A DNA stretch of 64,000 bases from Chloroflexota bacterium (GTDB lineage Bacteria > Chloroflexota > Limnocylindria > P2-11E): assembly GCA_038040345.1 (NCBI GenBank), contig JBBPIQ010000002.1, positions 189,747-253,746 on the forward strand, written 5' to 3'. Below the pieces are notes generated by a model. It had not been told where the DNA came from, did not search any database, and saw only the letters and a list, made by a program, of their open reading frames with translations. The position numbers and the translations under genes were made by a program. Shown here one piece after another: positions 49,487 to 58,463 of this stretch (within the stretch, counting starts at the first letter, position 1; each line of letters opens with the position of its first letter).

Positions 49487-50452
49487 ATGACAACGAACAT
49501 TACCCACGCGCGTCCTCGAGTTCGCGGTCCAAAATTACTGCTGACAGCTGCGGTCGCGGTCATGCTCGCGATGAGCATGCTCACGTTGGGAGGACCCACC
49601 GCGAACGCGGCGGCTCCAGGACCATCCCTTGGAATCGCTGGCAACTTCGCGATCCTCAGCGCAGCCGACGGGGGTTTGGGAGCGGTGACCTGTGTTGGCC
49701 CCGCCACGATCATCGGAAACCTGGGCTCCTCTGGCGTCCCGGCCTCGATCACTCCAGGCACGTGCACGATTACGGGGTCGCAGACCGCGCCGGTCTCGGC
49801 TGGAGTTGTAGCGGCCTTTGACAAGGCGTATGCGGCGCTTGGGCTCGTGCCGTGCACCACGACCATCCTTACTGCGGCCTACACGACCACGACGCTCTCG
49901 CTCGGGTCCGGTGTCACCTGTTTCCCGAACGGGCTGACGTTCACAGACAGCACGTTGATCCTCACCGGGAGCGGGCCCTGGCTCATCGAGGTCGGGACTC
50001 TGGCCACCGGCAACAGCGGCGCTCTCACGGGCACCAATCTCCATATGGTCCTGCCCGCTGGCGCGAACCCGTGTGACGTGACGTGGTGGGTCCGCGCGGG
50101 TGCGTCCATGACCACTTCGAACGCCACCGGCACGCAGTTCTTCGGCACGGTTCTCGCCGGGGCGGCAATCACCGTGATCGGGACGACCGTTGGAACCTTC
50201 AACGGGCGGGCTCTCGCCAAAGCCGCGGTGTCGATCACCGGCGGCACCTTCACCGGCTGCACAGGCGGAAGCCTTGGCGGCGGAGGCAAGAACAAGGACA
50301 AACACGAGGCCTGCAACCAGGGCGTAGGCAACGGGCCCGAGGACTGTGATCCGGGCAACTCGAACCAGGGCGACGACGACCGTTCGAACGACGAGAACGG
50401 CGGGACGCCTGGGCACCCTGGCCGCCAAGGCGGCAACGACAAGGACGACTAG
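49487..50452 (+). CDS. secreted DUF3494 (ice-binding-like beta-helix) family protein
   Basis: signal peptide; LGIAGNFAILSAADGGLGAVTCVGPATIIGNLGSSG motif; Thr/Gly-rich repeats; acidic Gly/Asp/Asn-rich tail. Confidence 0.65.
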   Translation: MTTNITHARPRVRGPKLLLTAAVAVMLAMSMLTLGGPTANAAAPGPSLGIAGNFAILSAADGGLGAVTCVGPATIIGNLGSSGVPASITPGTCTITGSQTAPVSAGVVAAFDKAYAALGLVPCTTTILTAAYTTTTLSLGSGVTCFPNGLTFTDSTLILTGSGPWLIEVGTLATGNSGALTGTNLHMVLPAGANPCDVTWWVRAGASMTTSNATGTQFFGTVLAGAAITVIGTTVGTFNGRALAKAAVSITGGTFTGCTGGSLGGGGKNKDKHEACNQGVGNGPEDCDPGNSNQGDDDRSNDENGGTPGHPGRQGGNDKDD

Positions 50453-50473
50453 GGCCGCACTGGCCAAGAACGA

Positions 50474-50514
50474 GGCGGAGGGACCCCTTCGGGGCCCTTC
50501 CGCCTTTTTTCTTT
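50474..50514 (+). terminator. rho-independent terminator between convergent genes
   Basis: GGCGGAGGGACCCC-TTCG-GGGCCCTTCCGCC hairpin followed by TTTTTTCTTT. Confidence 0.6.
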
Positions 50515-50524
50515 AGCTCGACTT

Positions 50525-51595
50525 CTAGAGCTCGCGATCCAGGGCGAGCAAGATCCTGCACATGCGGTCGACGCGGCGGCGTGACCAGCCGGGCTCTCGC
50601 TCATGCGTGTCGAGTCCCGGTGCGGAGTTCACCTCTAATACGGTGCACCTCTTTGGCAGCGCATCGGATGGTTGACTGAGGACTAGGTCCAGGCTGGCGA
50701 GGCGCAGGCCCATGTCGCCAACCACTCGGATAGCGAGCGCTCCTAGCTTGGGGTGCAGCACTTCAGTCACCAGCCGAACGTCACCACCCACGCCGAGATT
50801 GCCGCATGGCAGAAGCTCGACGCGTTGACCTGCGGTAGGCACCGTTTCGAGCGCCTGGCGACTGTGGGCGAGGTGCCTGCCCACCCGGACATCGTCTACG
50901 CGCAGCCGGGTCGGGTGCCCTGCTGCGCGGCTGCGTCGCTGGCCAGTCGCGATGAGCTTGCGAATACTGGAGTGGCCATCACCGAGCACGTACGGCCGCG
51001 TCTTCTCGCTCGCCATCAGGACCTCGCCGTCGAGGACGACTATCGAGCAGTCGCTGCCGCGTGCGATGCGCTGCACCAGGAGCTTCTTGGAGGCGGCGAA
51101 GACCTCACGGGCGGCCGCGTAGAACTGCGCGCGGGTATAGACGACGCACACGTGCTGGTCGCCGGAGCTGTCGTTTGGTTTGAGTAGCACTGGCAACCCG
51201 AGCCTCTGCGCGTACGCGTAGGCGCCCCCGATGCCGCGCGCCTCGTGGAGCCGCCCGTAATACGAGAAGCTGCGTCCAGTCGGGACCGTGTGGCCCAACT
51301 GCTTGAGCACACGCGCGGTGGCGTCCTTATCGAGAGCGATCGCCGCCGCACCAAGGGTGTTGAGGTCCCATTGCAGTCGGTGGAAGTAGCGCACGCGACC
51401 TGACGGAAGGGTGATCCTGCCCGAGTTGTCCGCCTTGGGTATGACCTCCAGTTTGGCACCGACGAGGTCGCAGGCCTCCTTGAGACGCGAGAGGAACGGC
51501 GTCTTCACCTCGCGATCTATGGCCGCCTGAGGCGATCGAGTTCGCGGGGCTCTCGCTTGACCACGGGCACAGGCGGGCTGTGGTCGACCAGACAC
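50525..51595 (-). CDS. ATP-grasp family ligase (RimK/GshB-like fold)
   Basis: C-terminal VLEVNSAPGL motif; alternative start about 51508; N-terminus overlaps the S4 remnant. Confidence 0.55.
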   Translation of the reverse strand: MSGRPQPACARGQARAPRTRSPQAAIDREVKTPFLSRLKEACDLVGAKLEVIPKADNSGRITLPSGRVRYFHRLQWDLNTLGAAAIALDKDATARVLKQLGHTVPTGRSFSYYGRLHEARGIGGAYAYAQRLGLPVLLKPNDSSGDQHVCVVYTRAQFYAAAREVFAASKKLLVQRIARGSDCSIVVLDGEVLMASEKTRPYVLGDGHSSIRKLIATGQRRSRAAGHPTRLRVDDVRVGRHLAHSRQALETVPTAGQRVELLPCGNLGVGGDVRLVTEVLHPKLGALAIRVVGDMGLRLASLDLVLSQPSDALPKRCTVLEVNSAPGLDTHEREPGWSRRRVDRMCRILLALDREL

Positions 51596-51720
51596 TTCGC
51601 CGCCGCACTGTTCACGCGAACCCGGCCACGGCAGGCGGCCGTCGCCTCCGAACGGGTCTTATAGATCCGGACGGCCCACAGCCAGATGTCTACCCGGGCC
51701 CTCTCGATATGGGCGTGAAA
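51517..51720 (-). pseudogene. degenerate duplicate of the S4-domain gene at 48749-49120
   Basis: about 190 bp near-identical to 48749-49110 with two in-frame internal deletions (about 54 and 117 bp) that remove the S4 core. Confidence 0.5.
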
Positions 51721-51752
51721 GGCGACGGAGCGGATTTTGTGCTCCCGTGCAT

Positions 51753-52262
51753 TCAACCATGGGGAGAGTTCTCGGAAGGCGAGCGATTTGGACTGAGCAG
51801 TCGCATGAAGATCAGGAGGCTGCTGACCAATAGGGCTGGCACATAGATGGCCACAATGACCCAATTCACGCCCAGCGAATACGTGAACACATTGTCGCGG
51901 ACCGATTGAACGATCGCGTTGACCGTATCTAGCATTCCGACGATCACGCAAAGCCAGACCAATGGGATCGCGCCACTGAAACGGGCACGGAGGGCGATGA
52001 GTGCCAGTAGTGCCAAAAATGCCGTCGCCAGGTCGCCATATCCGATCATCACCCGGAACTCCATCGGTACTCCCGCGTCGACGGAGCCGGGAGCCAGGAT
52101 CGTCCCGCCAACAACGCGAAACGCGTGGATCCAGAGCAGTGGCGCGAGGGCTACCTCCCGCGGCAACTTGGACAGGCGAGGCGCTACGTACCAGAAGCCG
52201 ATGAGCGCATATGCCGCCAGGCTCAACGTGAATTGAATTCCGAAGAGCGCGATTGGGTCCAT
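51753..52262 (-). CDS. membrane protein, 169 aa
   Basis: 4-5 predicted TM helices. Confidence 0.35.
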   Translation of the reverse strand: MDPIALFGIQFTLSLAAYALIGFWYVAPRLSKLPREVALAPLLWIHAFRVVGGTILAPGSVDAGVPMEFRVMIGYGDLATAFLALLALIALRARFSGAIPLVWLCVIVGMLDTVNAIVQSVRDNVFTYSLGVNWVIVAIYVPALLVSSLLIFMRLLSPNRSPSENSPHG

Positions 52263-52334
52263 GAATCGTCCCTCCCGTGGTCATAGTCTTCCATTCATGA
52301 ACATCTGGGATGTCGTACGCCAGAGGGTCGGAGC

Positions 52335-53231
52335 GTGATCCTCGTGACTGGCGCCACCGGCCTAAATGGTGGGGAGCTGGTGCGGAGGCTGTCGGCCCGC
52401 GGCGTCGCCGTACGTGCGCTGGTTCGCAATGCCACTGGCGCCAATGCTCCAAAAGCGGCCGAGTTGTCGCGGCTGGCCGGCGTCGAGGTTGCTGAAGCCG
52501 ATATGGCCCGTCCGCAGACTCTGGCGTCTGCGCTCAAGGGAATCGATCGAGCGATGCTCATTTCTTCCTCAGACCCGACCATGGGGGAGGTCCAGTCGGC
52601 ATTCATCGACGCGGCAGCCCTTGCTGGTGTGCGTCATGTCGTGAAGCTCTCCGGAATAATCCCCGACCTCAACTCGCCTTTCAGGTTTGCTCGCATGCAC
52701 GGCGAGATCGAGCAGCACCTGGAGGCGTCGGGGATGGCCTTCACGCATCTCCGCGCGGGCGAGTTCATGCACGCGTACTTCCGCCAGGTGCCGTCGATCG
52801 TCAACAGAGGTGCCTTGTCCTTGCCAATGGCTGACGCGCGGATCGCAGCCATAGACATCGGCGACATCGCTGACGTGGCCGCGGACGTGCTCACCGGTTC
52901 GGGACACGAAGGCAAGACGTACCCGATCACGGGTCCGGATGCGCTCACGATGACCCAAGTCGCAGCTGCGCTCTCCGCTGCGACGGGCAAGCCGATCCGC
53001 TACGTCGACGTGCCGCCCGAAGACGCCAAGGCCGCCCAGCTCGCCGCGGGCATGCCTGCGTATCTCGCAGATGGACTGGCCGAGCTCTTCGCGGAGCGTC
53101 GTAAGGGAAAAGAGGCGACCGTGTCGCCGGTGATCCAGACGATCTTCAAGCGCCGACCCTTGAGCTTCGAAGACTTCGCTCGACGCCATGCGGCGGTCTT
53201 CCGCGGCGAACAGCCGGCGCCGAGGGTCTGA
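52335..53231 (+). CDS. NmrA-like NAD(P)-binding (atypical SDR) protein
   Basis: GTG start; ILVTGATGLNGGELVRRL Rossmann motif. Confidence 0.7.
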   Translation: MILVTGATGLNGGELVRRLSARGVAVRALVRNATGANAPKAAELSRLAGVEVAEADMARPQTLASALKGIDRAMLISSSDPTMGEVQSAFIDAAALAGVRHVVKLSGIIPDLNSPFRFARMHGEIEQHLEASGMAFTHLRAGEFMHAYFRQVPSIVNRGALSLPMADARIAAIDIGDIADVAADVLTGSGHEGKTYPITGPDALTMTQVAAALSAATGKPIRYVDVPPEDAKAAQLAAGMPAYLADGLAELFAERRKGKEATVSPVIQTIFKRRPLSFEDFARRHAAVFRGEQPAPRV

Positions 53232-53504
53232 CGAGTCTCCGCGATCGCGCCGGTCGATCTAAGAGCCGCGCGTTCTCCAGTTCGCACTCGGACTTAAGAC
53301 CAGGCTCGCGGCGCGACCGAGCGGTCGTCGGTCTCGACAGGGCATAGTCGGACTGCTAGTACTACCGAGTTCGGCGTACTGCGGTCATGGGCAAGGCCGC
53401 CCGGGGTGGGGAGGAGTCATTAGGACGAACCTTCCGCAGCGTCGTGGCGGCACGCCTGCAAGACCGAGCACCGCGCTCGAACAGAGATAGAGGGGAGACA
53501 CGGA

Positions 53505-54125
53505 ATGACCGAATCGCGTATTAGCCGACGTGGGATCTTGAAGACCGCTGGGGCGCTAGGCGTTATCGGAGCGCTTTCGTCATCGGCGACCGCGCTCGCG
53601 GATGACGGCGAAGGGGGAGAAGGGGCAAGATTCCGCTGGGACATCATCAGCATCGACTTTACGACCGGCACGGTGTCGGCGGGGGGCAGCGCGTCCGCCC
53701 GCGCAAACCTCGACACGGGGATCATCACGCTCACCGGCTCGGGGACCTTCCGACCTGGCCAGCGCAAAGCGGTGACTGGCGGGGGGACCTGGTCGACGAC
53801 CGGGACCGCGGGTGTCGGCCACGGCACCTACAGGGTGACTGAGCTCGTCGAGTGGCACCTGGCCCCGGGGACGTTCCCGCTGACGATCGACGCCATCGGC
53901 GACAAAGCCGACGCTCGCGCAGGACTGGCGGTCCTTCGCGTCCGGTACTCAGACCAGAGCGAGGGGATCCTCGTGGTGAGCTGCACGATCGCTGGGACCC
54001 CGTCTTCGGTGTTTGAGGGGATCAGGACGTCCAGGGGCTTTGTCTATTACTGGAACGGCGACATCGCGGCAGACAACGTGAACCACACGCTCTTCCACTT
54101 CCTGTCAAAGGCGGAAAAGGACTAA
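53505..54125 (+). CDS. Tat-signal secreted hypothetical protein
   Basis: twin-arginine motif SRRGILKTAGALGVIGAL...A; Thr/Gly-rich. Confidence 0.5.
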   Translation: MTESRISRRGILKTAGALGVIGALSSSATALADDGEGGEGARFRWDIISIDFTTGTVSAGGSASARANLDTGIITLTGSGTFRPGQRKAVTGGGTWSTTGTAGVGHGTYRVTELVEWHLAPGTFPLTIDAIGDKADARAGLAVLRVRYSDQSEGILVVSCTIAGTPSSVFEGIRTSRGFVYYWNGDIAADNVNHTLFHFLSKAEKD

Positions 54126-54214
54126 GACCGCTGAGAGCAGAGGAAGGCGGCGCAGCGGCCGCCGCCTTCCTGACCCCGCGAGCCCTCGACACTTCGGCTA
54201 TTCAGCGCTGCCGC

Positions 54215-54793
54215 TCAAGCGCTCGAACCAAAACCAGAGGAGTCGCTCGTGTCCGGCGGCACTGGCGCTCCGTCCTTCGTTCCCGTGGAGACGAAGTTCG
54301 CCTTCAGCTCGCGCAACGGGTCAGGGCCGTTCGAGTGCCTAGCGCTCGCACCGAGCGCTGTGCGGGGTACTGCGGGCAGCGGCAACTTCGATACCAACGT
54401 CATGTATGTCACCGGGACGATCACCTCGGCTGAGGTCAACGGGCAGACCGCGGTCTTGAAGGGGTGCGGCGGTCTTGAAATTGATCGTTGTGCGTGCAGG
54501 GAGCGGCAGGAGTAGGCGCGCTTCTGGTCGATGATGATCGGCGCGTTCAGGTGCTCGATCCGCTCGACGTCGGGCTGCCCGTAGTGCGGCATGAAGCCTT
54601 GGACGAAGAAGGTGAACGTCTCGTTGAGCTGCCGCTGCGCCTCGGCGGCGATCGTGTCGAACACGAGCGAGGACTTCCCCGAGCCGGAGATGCCGGTGAA
54701 GACTGTGATCTTCTGCTTCGGGATGGACAGCGAGACGTTCTTGAGGTTTTTCTCGCGGGCGCCGTGGACCTCGATGAACGGATGGTCGGTCAT
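54215..54793 (-). pseudogene. UvrA-like ABC ATPase, N-terminal fragment only
   Basis: first about 93 codons match the UvrA N-terminus (GAREKNLKNVSLSIP, Walker A GISGSGKSSL, FDTIAAEAQRQ, IIIDQK); the remainder of the ORF is unrelated. Confidence 0.5.
54441..54480 (+). other. tRNA-Ser(UGA)-derived 5' fragment
   Basis: exact 16-nt match TGCGGCGGTCTTGAAA to the D-stem/anticodon arm of the tRNA at 56651; partial repeat CCGCGGTCTTGAA just upstream. Confidence 0.4.
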
Positions 54794-54900
54794 GCGTCGA
54801 CCCTAGAGCGCCGCGAGCATCACTTCAGGCAGCGCCGGATGCTGGCGGCGTCGAGGTCCTTCTCGCACCGCCGCTTGAGCATCCGGCGTTCTTACTCGGG

Positions 54901-55374
54901 CTAGCGGGCGTGCGCGGCCACCCAAGTGGCGAGGCTGTCGAGAGACCCGCGGGCGCCCTCCGCGGCGTAGTACTTGGCGACCTTCTCGTCTCTCTCTTCC
55001 TTGCTGCCGAAGACCAAACGGAGTGTCGCCTCGGTCGTGGCGCCGCGCTCGGCGAGCGTCAGGACGGTCTTTACCTGGTTGGGGTCGTCCTTGCCCATCC
55101 CGTACATCCAGACGATACGTTCCGGTGGGGTGATCTCTTTCCAAACGAAGTGGTTCGGGTACTCGCTGCCGTCGGGGCCGTGGATCGTCGCGTCCCAGAC
55201 ACCGCCCGGCTTGAAGTCGAACGAGTGCGTGGTGATCTCGCCGCCCTTCGGCGCACACCACTCCTCGAGGTGGGCGGCGCTGGTGAACGCGTCGAACACG
55301 AGTCGTCGTGGCCCCTCGATGATCCGCGAGACTACGATCTCGCGCTCCGCCTCAGTGCTTGTTTCGGTTGCCAT
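54901..55374 (-). CDS. SRPBCC (AHSA1-like) family protein
   Basis: RIIEGPRRLVFDAFTSAAHLEEWCAPKG... Confidence 0.7.
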   Translation of the reverse strand: MATETSTEAEREIVVSRIIEGPRRLVFDAFTSAAHLEEWCAPKGGEITTHSFDFKPGGVWDATIHGPDGSEYPNHFVWKEITPPERIVWMYGMGKDDPNQVKTVLTLAERGATTEATLRLVFGSKEERDEKVAKYYAAEGARGSLDSLATWVAAHAR

Positions 55375-55741
55375 CTGTGTGCTCCTTCTGCTGCAATTTC
55401 TTCACGTATTCGTTTAGCCTCTCGAAGTTCTCGTTCCAGTACTGCTCGAATCCGACGACCCATTCGTGGACCGGCTCAAGGCCGCGCGCGTCGAGCGCGT
55501 AGAGCCGCTGCTGTCCCGACTCGCGAACGCGCACGAGGCCGACCTCGCGCAGCACACGAAGGTGCTTCGACGTCCGGGGCTGCGTGATCCGCAGCGCTCG
55601 GGCGAGCTCGTTCACCGGGCGCTCGCGCCCCTTCAGGAGCATGAGGATCCGGCGACGCTGCGGCTCGGCCACCGCGTTGAAGGCATCGGAGGTGGTCGCG
55701 GCTCGGGCCATGTCGCTTGAAATATATGTCCATATCGGCAT
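55352..55741 (-). CDS. ArsR/SmtB family transcriptional regulator
   Basis: FNAVAEPQRRRILMLLKGRERPVNELARALRITQPRTSKHLRVLREVGLV; start at 55741 or 55711. Confidence 0.7.
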   Translation of the reverse strand: MPIWTYISSDMARAATTSDAFNAVAEPQRRRILMLLKGRERPVNELARALRITQPRTSKHLRVLREVGLVRVRESGQQRLYALDARGLEPVHEWVVGFEQYWNENFERLNEYVKKLQQKEHTDGNRNKH

Positions 55742-55848
55742 ATGTCAAGAAGCGGTGCCGGAAGATTGGCTCGCAAACATTTGATCAGCCTCGTTGTTTC
55801 GCGAGAGAGCTCTTGGGGCGATTCAGATCACCATCGCAAGCTCGGTCC

Positions 55849-56328
55849 TCAGCGCACCGCTTTCTTTACGAACGCGCCGATCCTTGCCTCTTCGGCCGCA
55901 GCCAACTCCGTCAGCGCGTAGGCGACCGGCCACATAGCGCCTTCGTCGAGGTTCGCCGCGTCGCTGAAGCCGAGCGTCGCGTATCTCGTCTTGAACTTCT
56001 GCGCGTCTTGGAAGAAGCAGACGACCTTGCCGTCTTTGGCATACGCGGGCATCCCGTACCAGAGCTTCGGAGACAGGGCTGGCGCGCTGGCTTTGACGAT
56101 CGCGTGGAGCCGCTTGCCCAGGGCGCGATCCGGTTCCCGCATCTGGGCGATCTTCGCGAGCACCGCGCTCTCCCCGTCCGCCTTGTCCGCGGCCGCCTTC
56201 AGCTCTTGGGCGCGCTCCTTCATCGCGGCTCGTTCCTCCACGGTGAATCCCTTGGACGTCTTGCCGCTCGCGGTGGTGCTCTTGGCGGACTTCTGCGCGC
56301 CCTTCTTTGCAGGTTTCCTCTGAGCCAT
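55849..56328 (-). CDS. DUF1801 domain protein with Lys-rich N-terminus
   Basis: [19 protein letters not shown]. Confidence 0.6.
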   Translation of the reverse strand: MAQRKPAKKGAQKSAKSTTASGKTSKGFTVEERAAMKERAQELKAAADKADGESAVLAKIAQMREPDRALGKRLHAIVKASAPALSPKLWYGMPAYAKDGKVVCFFQDAQKFKTRYATLGFSDAANLDEGAMWPVAYALTELAAAEEARIGAFVKKAVR

Positions 56329-56650
56329 GGTGTCTGCTGACCTCCTGCGCGTCTGCGGCGCTGAGCCGCGGCCCCAACATTACGGAGTCTGAGCCCCGCC
56401 TCGCACTTTAGTGGGTCGCCGTCCGCGAGGATGCGATGGGTGGCATGGGAGTCGCGATGCCGCTGGTAGCGGTCGCAGTCGCACCGCACCTTTCGCCTTA
56501 TCGTCCTGCACCACGCGTTAAGCAACGCTCTTCTCGCGAGGGCCCAAGCAGCCAACGCCCGTCGGCCTTGATGATGGGCATCAGAAATGGGCATCAGTTC
56601 TCCAACCCTGGTGTCCCAAGTCTGTTCAGGAGCCCCATCATTGTTGCCTC

Positions 56651-56737
56651 GGAGGGGTGGCAGAGCGGTCGAATGCGGCGGTCTTGAAAACCGCTACGTC
56701 CTTAGGGGCGTCGTGGGTTCGAATCCCACTCCCTCCG
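56651..56737 (+). tRNA. tRNA-Ser (anticodon UGA)
   Basis: acceptor GGAGGGG/TCCCTCC, anticodon stem GCGGT/ACCGC with loop CTTGAAA, long variable arm, T-loop GTGGGTTCGAATCCCAC, discriminator G; CCA not encoded. Confidence 0.8.
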
Positions 56738-56744
56738 CAGTGTG

Positions 56745-57020
56745 CAACTGACGATGTCAACTGACATCTGTGGTCTTGCTCTTTTTGGCGCAGCCGCTCG
56801 TACGGAGTCTGACCGCCCAGGGCGCCGAGGGGCCGGTCGAAAGTGTAGAAGTCCTCCCACTCTTGAAGTTTGGTCATGAACAGCTCGCTCTGGTCGACGA
56901 CGACGCCATTGAGCTCATCCCATCGCCGGGCATCCAGGAGCCTCTGTCGCCGGAGGGTTGAGGGAGCGAGGAGTTGGGCAGCACGTTCGCGTTGGCCTTG
57001 CCGCTCGCCGGATCGGACGG
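56745..57020 (-). mobile_element. DDE transposase/integrase C-terminal remnant
   Basis: minus-strand frame reads ...LQEWEDFYTFDRPLGALGGQTPYERL, resembling the rve-core YNxxRPHxxLGGxTP motif; no N-terminal catalytic region present. Confidence 0.4.
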
Positions 57021-57022
57021 GG

Positions 57023-57763
57023 TCAGTTCTTCTCGGCGTCGGAAGCGCTGACGAATCGGTAGCCGGCGCCCGGGACCGTCTCGATGTACCGGGGCTTGTG
57101 CCAGTCGTCCTGGAGCTTCGCCCGCAGCGCCCGCACGTGGCGGTCCACGACGTTGCTCTCGATCACGAAGTCGGTGCCCCAGAGCGCGTCGAGGATCTGC
57201 TCGCGCGTGAGGACGCTCCCGGCGTTGGCGGCGAGAAGGTACAGCAGTGCCTGCTCGAGCGAGGTGAGGTGCAGCTCGTGTTCGCCAGCGAGCACCTTTC
57301 GGTTGAGAACGTCGATCTCGAGGTCACCAATGCGCAGGCGCGGGACCAGCTCTACGGCGCTGCCGTGGGTCCGGCGGATCACCGCGTGGGCGCGGGCGAC
57401 CAGATCGTCCGGCACGAAGGGGATGCCGATGTAATCGTCCGCGCCGCGCTCGAAGGCGTCGAGCTTCCCGCGGAGGTCGCTGCGCCGGGTGAGGGCGATG
57501 ACCGCTGTCGACCCCTGGGCGCGCGCCTCGTTGATGAGCTGGATCCCCCGACCGGCCTCGATGTCTATGTTGACCAGAAGGAGATGGGGCTTCCACTCCA
57601 CGATCGCGCCCTTGGCCTGATTCACCGTTTCCGCGATCCGGCGGGCGTATCGCCCATGCCGCAGGGTGAGGTCGACGGTGTTCGCGAGCGCTTTGTCGCC
57701 GATGACCAAGAGCACGCGGACCGCGCGGTCGGATTCTCTTGCGGCCGGCTCGGCCTCTGCCAT
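57023..57763 (-). CDS. OmpR-family response regulator (orphan)
   Basis: receiver domain followed by winged helix (ETVPGAGYRFV); no histidine kinase gene adjacent. Confidence 0.75.
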   Translation of the reverse strand: MAEAEPAARESDRAVRVLLVIGDKALANTVDLTLRHGRYARRIAETVNQAKGAIVEWKPHLLLVNIDIEAGRGIQLINEARAQGSTAVIALTRRSDLRGKLDAFERGADDYIGIPFVPDDLVARAHAVIRRTHGSAVELVPRLRIGDLEIDVLNRKVLAGEHELHLTSLEQALLYLLAANAGSVLTREQILDALWGTDFVIESNVVDRHVRALRAKLQDDWHKPRYIETVPGAGYRFVSASDAEKN

Positions 57764-57772
57764 CGGCCCATT

Positions 57773-58342
57773 CTAGGCTTGGCTGTTCTCGTAAATACGC
57801 ACGCCGAGCTCGCGGCTCAGCGGAAGTGGCCAGCCGGAGGGACCGCGCCCAACCGATACCGGATCGTCATAGCTACCGAGGAGCACCAAGAGACCCGCGT
57901 GCGTCCCGACAGGCGCTCCGATCCAGACCAGACCTACCGCGTGGCTCGTCGTTCCGTCGCCGGCCGGCTCTTGGCTGAGGGTGACCGGAGGAGCGCCGCC
58001 GGTATTGATACCAGATTCGGTCACGGCGAGCCGGAAGTGCGAAGGCGGACTTTGCGAGCCCTCGGCGATCCTCGGCCCGTAGTGTTTCGGCACCGCCCAG
58101 CTCGAGACCAACGGTTCGAGAGCCGCGCGTTGTGCCGCGTCGGCCTCGGTCGACTCTCCCGCGTGGAGCGCTCTGAGCATCGCGACGTCGCGTCGGTCGT
58201 CGATGCTCGTCAATAGAGGTATGGCGGGTTCGATCCCGTGTGGCGACCCCGCCACGATTCGCGCGGCCGCGCCGTCCACATCTGCGACGCGCAGCCGGAA
58301 CTCTTCGAGCACGAGGACGCGGATGGGGTCAGCGATCGACAC
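57773..58342 (-). CDS. hypothetical protein upstream of the response regulator
   Basis: 189-aa ORF with normal composition, 10-nt gap to the regulator gene. Confidence 0.35.
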   Translation of the reverse strand: MSIADPIRVLVLEEFRLRVADVDGAAARIVAGSPHGIEPAIPLLTSIDDRRDVAMLRALHAGESTEADAAQRAALEPLVSSWAVPKHYGPRIAEGSQSPPSHFRLAVTESGINTGGAPPVTLSQEPAGDGTTSHAVGLVWIGAPVGTHAGLLVLLGSYDDPVSVGRGPSGWPLPLSRELGVRIYENSQA

Positions 58343-58463
58343 TGTCTTGAACCCTGACGCCTGGGGGTGTCCTTGTCATGACCTTGCCGTCATCTGCGCC
58401 GCATCTGCCGCATGACTGTTTGGTCATGACTCGAGCAAGCAACCAGCCCAAGATGCAGTCGAG

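Noticed and set aside
56870-58216. 448-aa plus-strand ORF across the response-regulator locus
   Set aside because: Arg-rich antisense artefact overlapping two minus-strand genes with credible protein features.
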